Positions 55,611-64,000 of a stretch of 64,000 nucleotides of DNA are shown piece by piece. The position numbers and the translations under genes are program-made. The notes beneath the pieces are model-generated. The model had not been told where the DNA came from, did not search any database, and saw only the letters and a list, made by a program, of their open reading frames with translations. The stretch is from an uncultured Methanosarcinales archaeon. Lineage in GTDB: Archaea; Halobacteriota; Methanosarcinia; Methanotrichales; Methanotrichaceae. The DNA lies in assembly GCA_963843555.1 (NCBI GenBank), contig CAWJKV010000003.1, positions 160,001 through 224,000 on the forward strand. The letters run 5' to 3'. Each line of letters begins with the position of its first letter. Position 1 is the stretch's first letter.

Positions 55611-55728
55611 TTAAGAAATATCTCGCCGACGGTCTTCCCGTCCACACCCGGGCGCGCGCGCACGCTGGCGAGCGTGCCGGCGGGAGTGCGGGCGCGTGCC
55701 GGAGGATGGCGGCATAGCTCAATTGCAC

Positions 55729-55900
55729 ACCAACCTGGTGATGATCAGTCCCGCAGTGAAAGCCGATACCAAGATGGCGGCATATCACAGTCGCGGGGAA
55801 TTCATATGGTACTGGCACACTGGCATATGCTGGAATGTGTATCTGACAAGTAAGGTAGGTGTGTACCATTCTGCGTTGTTGGGCGCTCTTTTTCCTTCAA
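55729..55900 (+). pseudogene. Matrixin gene remnant 1
   Basis: TNLVMISPAVKAD...LAYAG.(W)YLTSKVGVYHSAL aligns to TNLVTLNPTVQAD...LGYSRTWYNSNRVDGYYTAL of 56279-57544. Confidence 0.75.
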
Positions 55901-56278
55901 AACCCACATGATTCGTTGACTCGTACATGGATGACGAAAATCGATACCTAACGAGAGATTTTCATGGGAAAATTGAGACTCTGATATTTTGGGAAACGAG
56001 CAAACAGGCTGCCGAGTCCTCGTGAAAGCTCTGACTGCTTCGTTAACCGGAGATATCATTCAAACTAAGGCTTTTGACGTATATCTTCCTTATTATTGGA
56101 TCTAATAGGTGATTTTAATCCATATCCGGGTCATTATTATGAACACCGTCTTTAACGAAACCTATTTATATATCGACACTCAACGAAGAAATATCTCCAA
56201 TAGAATGGGGATCTCTAAAAGCCTCAAGTATTATTTTATCACTATAATAAATACTTGAGATAAAGGAGGATCAATTTA

Positions 56279-57544
56279 ATGGTAAAATGTATTTCAGTAC
56301 TAGCGCTAGCTATGCTTTTAGTTGGCCTAATGACACCTGCCCTGGGATTATCGGTGAGCGTCAGTGGTGGGGCTGGTGCGGACTCCGTTTCAACATCCAC
56401 TACCTATAACCTGGACAAATCGACATCGCTCCAGGAATCAGTCCGGTTGGCAGATGGCGAGATTTCTAAGGACCTTACTGCAAGCGGATCTGGTGATAAC
56501 AGTATATCAACCACATCCAGTGCAAACGATAAGAGTGCAGGCACAGAAATAGAAAGCTCTGGAGACTTCCGGACTGCGGCCTTTGCAGGCGCATCCGGCG
56601 AAGGTGTCGGGATCAGCCAGGACACGGCCATGTCAGGCAGCTATGGCGGCATAAGCTATCATGCTGATTCTCCGGAGAATAAAATGGTGGTATCGAGCGG
56701 CTTTGAGGGCGAAGGCGACCTGAAGGCAGGCATTAGTGCGACAGCTGGAGAAAATGCTGCTATATCGGGCAATTTGAACGCTCTGGGTGTGGAAATGCTT
56801 GACAGCGAAAGCTTGCAGGCCTTATCTTCTGGCGACGTTGCCATGTCTATGGATGGATTATACTCTCTGTCCGATGGGGGCCTGGGGAGTTTCGGCCTGA
56901 GCGCTGCAAATACCGGGAAGGAAACGGTTAGCAGCGGGACCTCCGCATTGCTTACAGGCCCGGTATCCACAGGGACCGGAGGAAATGCCAATGCTTATCT
57001 CTTAACGGGCCTGAGATGGAATACAAAAGATCCTCAGCTCAAAATTGTGCTGAAGAATGATGCGTACCTTAAAGGCGAAGGTATGAGCACCAGCGCAGTG
57101 CAGAGCGCAATCGCGGCAGCAGCCAACACCTGGGATGATGCCTCAAACCAGAATCTCTTTGCCAATACCAATCTGGTAACGCTGAACCCAACAGTACAGG
57201 CCGACGTTTACAACAGAATTAACACGTTTAGCTGGAAGCCATCCGGCGCCAGTTACTTAGGATACTCCAGGACCTGGTACAATTCAAATAGGGTTGACGG
57301 ATACTACACCGCCCTGGATTCAGATATTGTATTCAATTCGAACTATAAGTGGACCACGAATGGAAATGGTATCGATGTCCAGTCGGTGGCATTGCATGAA
57401 ATGGGCCATACACTCGGATTGGGAGATCTTTACGGCAAGGCTCAATTCAGCAAGGATACAAGACAGGTGATGCATTACTACACAGGAGTCAAGCGCACCC
57501 TTGGAAACGGCGACGCAACTGGTATCTGGAAGCTCTACCACTGA
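56279..57544 (+). CDS. Secreted matrixin-family (metzincin) metalloprotease, copy 1
   Basis: Signal peptide, S/G/A-rich N-domain, HEMGHTLGLGD and Met-turn QVMH. Confidence 0.93.
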   Translation: MVKCISVLALAMLLVGLMTPALGLSVSVSGGAGADSVSTSTTYNLDKSTSLQESVRLADGEISKDLTASGSGDNSISTTSSANDKSAGTEIESSGDFRTAAFAGASGEGVGISQDTAMSGSYGGISYHADSPENKMVVSSGFEGEGDLKAGISATAGENAAISGNLNALGVEMLDSESLQALSSGDVAMSMDGLYSLSDGGLGSFGLSAANTGKETVSSGTSALLTGPVSTGTGGNANAYLLTGLRWNTKDPQLKIVLKNDAYLKGEGMSTSAVQSAIAAAANTWDDASNQNLFANTNLVTLNPTVQADVYNRINTFSWKPSGASYLGYSRTWYNSNRVDGYYTALDSDIVFNSNYKWTTNGNGIDVQSVALHEMGHTLGLGDLYGKAQFSKDTRQVMHYYTGVKRTLGNGDATGIWKLYH

Positions 57545-57684
57545 AACTGATGGCTCCGGGAGCGATCAAACTTTTTTTTTATCTTTTTAATTTTCAGGTC
57601 CATACATGCAGATAGTGTAGCACCTCTAGAAATTGGTCGGGTTCTCGAATCATTGAATGGCCTCCGTATGTTCGTCAGCTCCTC

Positions 57685-57847
57685 GATGCTCCATACCAGA
57701 ACCTCTTCGCTGACGCCAACCTTGTGACAATCAGCCCCAACAGTGAATGGTGCCAAGCGCACCTCCGGAAACGAAGACAAGACGAGGTTGGCGCTTTACA
57801 AATGAGGCCGATGGCTCCAAGAGCATTGGGCCTCTTTTTCCATTCAA
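57685..57847 (+). pseudogene. Matrixin gene remnant 2 with terminator
   Basis: QNLFADANLVTISP fused to KRTSGNED...LYK* followed by a hairpin and T-tract. Confidence 0.75.
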
Positions 57848-58158
57848 GGACGGAGAATCTGGTCACTGGAAAACGAGCGAACTGGCACCGAGTCCACGCG
57901 AAAGCTCTGACCCCTTCGTTAACCAGCGATACCAATTTAAACTAAGGCTTTTAACGTGTATTTTCTTATTACGGCTCTAACAACTGATTTAATCCGATAG
58001 GAATCGCTATATCGAATGCGTAGGCTTGAATGCAAAAACTATTTATACTACGACATTCAACGAAGATTCAACTCAAATATAACCTGAATGCTTCGTAAAA
58101 CCCAGGTACTTGTAATACTAACAACAAGTCAGTACTTGGGAAAAGGAGGATCGATTTA

Positions 58159-59419
58159 ATGAGGAAATACATTTTAGCATTAGCGTTAGCTATGGTTTTA
58201 GTTGGCTTAATGGCACCTGCCCTTGGATTATCTGTGAGTGCCATAGGCGGAACCGGAAGTGACTCCAGCTCAACATCGTCTACATATAATCTTGACGCAT
58301 CTACTTCTCTTCAGGAGTCAGTCACATTGGCAGATGGCCAGATTTCTAAGGTCCTCACTGCAAGCGGATCCGGAGATAATCTAGCATATCGATCTCATCC
58401 AGCGCAGACGACAAGAGTGCAAGCACTGAGATAGAAAGCTCTGGAAACTTTCAGACATTCGCCTTTACAGGAGCATCCGGCGAAGGTGTCGGGATCAGCC
58501 AGGACACGGCTATGTCCGGCAGCTATGGCGGCATGACCTATCACGCTGATTCTCCAGAGAACAAAATGGTAATCTCGAGCGGCTTCGATGGCGAGGGCGA
58601 CCTGACGGCAGGCATTTCTGCAGCAGCCGGAGAAAATGCCGCCATGTCGGGCAATTTGAATGCTCTGGGAGTGGAAATGCTTGACAGCGAAAGCATGCAG
58701 GCATTAGCTTCCGGCGACATTGCCATGTCGTGGATGGATCTATATTCCCTGCCCAATGGTGGCCTCGGGAATTTCGGCCTGAGCGCCGCAAATACCGAGA
58801 AGGAAACGGTTAGCAGCGATACCTCTGCCTTGCTCACAGGCCCGGAGTCTACTGCGTACGGCTGGGGGAAATGCTGATGCTTATGCCTTAATAGGTTATA
58901 GATGGAATACAAAAGATCCTCAGCTCAAATGGGTCCTGAAGAATGACGCATACATGACCGGCGAGGGTCTAAGCACCAGTGCGGTGCAGAGCGCCATCGC
59001 GACTGCAGCCAACACATGGGATGATGCCGACAAACCAGAATCTATTTGCCGATAGCAACCTGGTTACTTTGAATCCAAATGTAGCCACCGAAAGATACAA
59101 CAAGATAAATACAATTAGTTGGAGGCCGATTGACAAGGGTTTGTCTGGCCTATATACGCCTTAACTGGTCTAGTTGTGGCAGTGCTGTTGATTCCGATAT
59201 CGTGTTCAATTCGAAATACGAATGGAGTACGAGCGGAAAAAATGGTGTTGATGTTCAGTCGATAGCATTGCACGAAATGGGCCACACGATTGGATTGGCC
59301 GATCTTTACGGTAAGGCTCCATTCAGCGAGATACACGACAGGCTATGCACTACGATAGAGGCGTCAAGCGCACTCTCGGAAACGGTGACATGAAAGGCAT
59401 CTTCTATCTTTACCAATGA
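58159..59419 (+). CDS. Matrixin-family metalloprotease, copy 2 (multiple frameshifts)
   Basis: Colinear with copy 1; HEMGHTIGLAD. Confidence 0.85.
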
Positions 59420-59842
59420 GCTTGAAGGCCTCTATGGCATCACATATTTTTTTCATTTTGGATGTGTCAGCATAAGAAATTCGTGACTAATGGGGCACAT
59501 CAGTATATAAAAATGCTTTTGATATTGAAGCGAAGAAAGTAGATATTATCGGAAGCCTCATGGGCGAAGAGACTGCCGAGCCCTCGCGAAATCTCTATCT
59601 CCCTTCGTTAAACTGCGATTCTAGTTTTTAATTAAGACTTCTAATATATATTTTTCTCCTTATTGTTTTCAATGATTGATTTAACCTCAATCCATATCGC
59701 TGTTACGAATATCTGTGCTAAGCGGAAGATATTTAGATATCGGACTGCGAAAAAATTGTTTCGCCGAATAGAGACAACCTTAAAAACTCTTATACTCACA
59801 ATACCGAATAACATAAGTATTTCACATAGGAGGAATCGATTA

Positions 59843-61101
59843 ATGAAGAAATGTTTCATAGCTTTAGCCTTAGCTATATTCTTGTATGGATTGATGACTC
59901 CAGCCCTGAGCATCAGTTTGAGCTATAATGCCGAAAATAATGGTAAGATAGTCTCATCATCCTCCACCTATATGCTCGATAAATCTACATCACTAAAGGA
60001 GTCAGCCATTTTGGGAGATGGCAAGATCGCAAGGGACCTTACTGCTAGCGGATCAGGAAACAACCGCATATTAATCGCATCCAGCGCAAGCGGAAGGGTG
60101 CAGACACCAAGATGGAAGGCTCTGGAGACTTCAGGACTGCAGCCTCGGTGGGTGCATTTGATGACGGTGTCTTGATAAGTCAAGATACAGCTATTTCCGG
60201 CAGCCATGGCGACCTAACCTATCACGCTGATTCTCCAGAGAATGGGGCGGAAATTCGACAGGCTTTGATGGCGAGGGCGACCTGAAGGCAGGCATCTTTG
60301 CAGTAGCGGGAGAAAATGCTGAAATATCTGGCAATATTAAAGCTCTTGGAATAGAGATGCTCGATAGCGAACTCATGCACGCATTAGCTTCAGGCGACGT
60401 TGACATGTCCGTCGATGGACTATATATCCAGCCCAATGGCGACCTAGGGAATTTTGGCCTGAGCGCCGCAAATACCAAGAAGGGAAAAGTTGGCGGCGAT
60501 ACTTCCGGCCTTCCTTACAGGCCCAGATTACAGTGATGATGGAGGGAATGCCAATGCATATGCCTTCACTGGCACCAAGTGGACCACAAGAGATCCCAAG
60601 CTAAAGTGGGTCTTGAAGAATGATGCAAATATGGCAGCAGAGGGTCTAAGCGAAAGTGAGGTGCAGAGTCTCATGATATCAGTTGCTAACACTTGGGATG
60701 ATGCCTCAAACCAGAATCTCTTCGCAGATAGCAGCTTGGTAACGTTGAATCCCAACGTGAAAGCCGACAGTTTCGATAGATACAATCCCGTTAATACCAT
60801 TAATTGGATGTATTCGCCAAGCGTTTGTCTGGCCTATACGAGAACCTGGTCTAAGTATGGCAGTGCTATTGATTCCGATATCGTGTTTAATACGAAATAT
60901 GGCTGGGACACGAACGGAATAACCGGTCTTGATGTTCAATCGATAGCATTGCACGAAATGGGACACACGCTCGGCTTGGACGATCTATACGGTAAACCCG
61001 TGTTCAAGAGCGATACCCGCCAGGTGATGCATTACTACACAGGCATCAAGCGCACACTCGGAAACGGCGACTTGAAGGGTATCTGGAACCTCTACCAATG
61101 A
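59843..61101 (+). CDS. Matrixin-family metalloprotease, copy 3 (frameshifts)
   Basis: Colinear with copy 1; HEMGHTLGLDD. Confidence 0.85.
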
Positions 61102-61272
61102 GCTGGATGGCTCAGACAGCCATCACTTATTTTCTAATTTCTAAAACCTCTTCGATTCCGGACTCATACATGGAGCATGAGAAACCTGATTGCCTGAACA
61201 GCCTTAATATGGTTGATATGGGCAGTGAAGGCTGTTTCATTTTTGGGACTGCGATCCTGTATTTAAAACTAG

Positions 61273-62663
61273 CCATCTGAACCGCTCGCATACATGGATG
61301 CGTCTTTGAACGCGTATGGGAAAATGTCCCTACGAGGGTTTTAGCATCTGCCCATATCAGGCCAGGTAATAATATGACTGGAGCAAAGGAATAAAGTTTG
61401 CGGAGTTGATATCCACAAGAAATTTCTCATTGCTACGATTCTCTCCCGAGACGGAACCAAGATACAGAAGCGATATAGTACAGATATCGATGATCTATTG
61501 AATTTTAGAGACTGGGTTATCAAAGAAAACTGCGATTGCGTGGCTATTGAGTCAACTGGTGTCTATTGGTATCCAGTGAATGCCGTTCTAGAAAAAAGAG
61601 TCAAGCTGATATTGGCCAATGCTCATCAGATCAAGCATACTCCCGGCAGAAAGACAGATTCCATAGATTCTGAATGGATTGCGGAGCTTGCTCTTAACAA
61701 TCTGATTGATCCATCACGAATATTTCCGAAAGAAGATCGAGATCTTAGAAGACTGACCCGGACAAGAGAGAGTCTGGTCAAGATCAGATCTCAGATGAAG
61801 AATCAAGTTCATCAAGGACTGGAATCGTGTAGCATAAAAGCTCTCTTCGGTTCTTTCTGATAATTTTGGCAAATCGGGGAGATACATTCTGGATGGTCTG
61901 ATCAATGGAGAGAACATCGATGAGGTCATTGCTGGAATTCCCTCAAAGAGAGTTAGAAATAACGGCGATCAAATTCGGACGGCAATTAAGACGGGTCTAG
62001 ACCAAATCCAGGTATTTCTTATTCGATCTCATTTAGACACTATTGACTGCTTAACAAAGAAGCTTGACGAAATAGATCTCGAGATAAAGCAAAGGATCTC
62101 AGGAAGAAAGAACGATTTACAGATTGCTATGTCTGTACCGGGAATAGGATTTACAGCAGCTACGACAATTCTTGCGGAGATAGGGAATTACAGGGACTTT
62201 AGTACGCCAGATAAACTTGCCTCGTGGTGTGGAATAGTTCCCAGTGTGTACCAATCTGCAGATAAGCTTCTCACCGGAAGTATCACGAAGCAAGGTTCAA
62301 AGCATATTCGTCGGATACTGGTTCAAGTTGCTCACGCTGCAGCCAAGAAGAGGGGGTCGAAGCTCAGGAAATTCTTCCTAAGGGTAAAAGCCAAGAAAAG
62401 GATATAACGTGGCAGTCGTGGCTTTAGCCAGAAAGATACTCTGTATTTTGCATCATCTCCTTATGAACCAAGAATTGTATCAAGAAGACGGAGTGGAGAA
62501 ATCAAGTCAACAAAGATCGATTGGTCTTCCGCGACGAATGATAAGATGAGCTCTGAAGACCATGATTGAGATTATTGCCAAAGCTGGTTACGAGGTGAGG
62601 AAGATTGAACGAAATGGGGGTTAAGCCCCCCATTCTTGATTTTGGGAGGTTTCTCATGGGAAA
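61273..62663 (+). mobile_element. IS110-family insertion sequence; transposase ~61374-62624, frameshifted
   Basis: GVDIHK, AIESTGVYW, RKTD..D DEDD motifs; SVPGIG and SVYQSA (catalytic Ser); element ends approximate. Confidence 0.92.
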
Positions 62664-62771
62664 TGATGTGACCAAAGGCTTCCAGAGAACACTATCTGCA
62701 CTTATGATGAAAATTCAGCAAAAGCTATATGTATCAACAATCTAAAAGGGACTGGCAGGAGGGTGGAATAG

Positions 62772-63632
62772 ATCAGAGCAAGGTTCATTTATCTCTTCAT
62801 ATTGATACTGGCGATCCTGGCTCAGGCAGAGGGAAAAGTCGGCTATAGCATCTCTGTTACCGTAAATGATAGTAATGCCAGCACCTCCTGGGGGAGGAGT
62901 CATTTTACTTCCGTGTTTGACTTCAACTCAGAAAGCCACACCAAGGGAGATGGAAACTCAACCCAATATACGAAAATAAGCGGATTGACAGGCGTGAGTT
63001 TGCTGGAAACCACCCACACCAAAGAAGGTAGACTCAAAGAAGATAAGCGTCTGTCAGCGATAAGTTCTGTGAATTCCATAGCCATTGATGAGTCTGTATC
63101 GAACAATGCAGAAAAATACAGCGTTACAATAAATGAAAGCATGCCATCTTATTTAATTAGCGTAAGCGAAGTTCAATATAGGGGAGAAGGAATTAATAAA
63201 AGGAGCAACTATATAAATAATGACGATGAAATAATGACCCGCTATCAGGCAAAGAAGTTCTCTGAATCAACCGCCTTCCTGGCAAAATATCGAAATGCGC
63301 TCATAGTTGCGGATGTAACCCCGAACGAAATCGTCGAATTCATAGGGGAGAATTACAGCACCGCGCTGCAGACGTCTTCGAATTCGGATATGTACTCCGG
63401 ATTCAAAATAAGATCCTCCAATGAATTCATCGAGCAGGATTACTTTGGCCAATTCAAAATAGATAGACGCATCGAAAAGTCTCATAGCTATGCAAAACAG
63501 GAACCGGATGATCTTGAGGATCTGCTGGATTGCTGCCCGTCAGAATATGCCAGTTTAGACTATTCCCTGCAGGCTGCAAGGCTATGCTTGTGTCGTTCGG
63601 CTCTATCCGGATTGGATAATGGCATGAAATGA
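62772..63632 (+). CDS. Secreted hypothetical protein (paralog of 37346-38293)
   Basis: ORF called from TTG 62802; in-frame ATC 62772 after the SD completes the signal peptide. Confidence 0.8.
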   Translation: MRARFIYLFILILAILAQAEGKVGYSISVTVNDSNASTSWGRSHFTSVFDFNSESHTKGDGNSTQYTKISGLTGVSLLETTHTKEGRLKEDKRLSAISSVNSIAIDESVSNNAEKYSVTINESMPSYLISVSEVQYRGEGINKRSNYINNDDEIMTRYQAKKFSESTAFLAKYRNALIVADVTPNEIVEFIGENYSTALQTSSNSDMYSGFKIRSSNEFIEQDYFGQFKIDRRIEKSHSYAKQEPDDLEDLLDCCPSEYASLDYSLQAARLCLCRSALSGLDNGMK

Positions 63633-63648
63633 AATGGGTGAGTTAAAA

Positions 63649-64000
63649 ATGAGAAAATGTATCTTGGCAATAATGGCGCTATTATCAATAGCGGCCATAG
63701 GAATGATGAATGCGACTGCCATATCGCCTGATAGTGAAGGCGTGTCTGCCGGAGATGCGAGTGATCCGCTCCTAAAAACGCTGCAAGCCGGAGTGAATGA
63801 TACGGCTGAAGGTCAATCAGAATTGAGAGTCTGGAACAGCTTCATTGAGAACTTTGACTATCAGGGTGTGATTCTTAATGAGACTTTGCAGGGCAATATG
63901 ACATATGAAGAGGCCATGGTTGCAACCACAGCGCTCCTCGTTCTTAATTCCCAATCTGTCGCCGATGCGCAGAGTATTACTCCAGACGAAAAGTACACAG
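63649..64000 (+). CDS. Secreted hypothetical protein (3' truncated)
   Basis: SD GGGTGAG, MRKCILAIMALL signal peptide, open to the window end. Confidence 0.75.
   Translation, partial: MRKCILAIMALLSIAAIGMMNATAISPDSEGVSAGDASDPLLKTLQAGVNDTAEGQSELRVWNSFIENFDYQGVILNETLQGNMTYEEAMVATTALLVLNSQSVADAQSITPDEKYT

Noticed and set aside
56007..56031. CTGCCGAG...GAAA, resembling a hammerhead ribozyme core
   Set aside because: Lacks the invariant CUGANGA and a convincing stem II; the core is not kept in copy 2
55729..61101. Possible DGR template/variable repeat pair
   Set aside because: No reverse transcriptase in the window, and the differences are not adenine-specific

Overview
Archaeal chromosomal DNA from a methanogen, most likely Methanothrix/Methanotrichaceae (an inference from mtd, cofG, cofD, mfnD, methanogenesis marker 12, egsA, fibrillarin, PolD DP1 and several secreted protein families that look lineage-specific). 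The backbone is housekeeping: proS, ileS, rfcS, gatCAB, tRNA-Ala, tRNA-Tyr (with intron) and tRNA-Asp. Many essential genes carry single-base frameshifts, almost certainly uncorrected long-read indel errors. Small accessory patches interrupt the backbone: MazF and HicBA toxin-antitoxin modules, an AOR-MoaD-MoeB operon, an IS1634-like MITE, a two-gene operon (IMC-like domain plus C25 protease), a tandem array of secreted matrixin-type metalloproteases with deleted remnants, and an IS110 element. The most notable unexplained signals are: (1) two ~230-300 nt covarying, highly structured direct repeats bracketing hicBA like a cassette; (2) a ~70 bp miniature derivative of the IS110 element; (3) a secreted N/Q-rich two-repeat protein with a Cys-rich linker, a candidate amyloid or sheath component; and (4) repeated apparent use of ATC start codons. 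All family assignments come from motif recognition by eye; no database searches were run.
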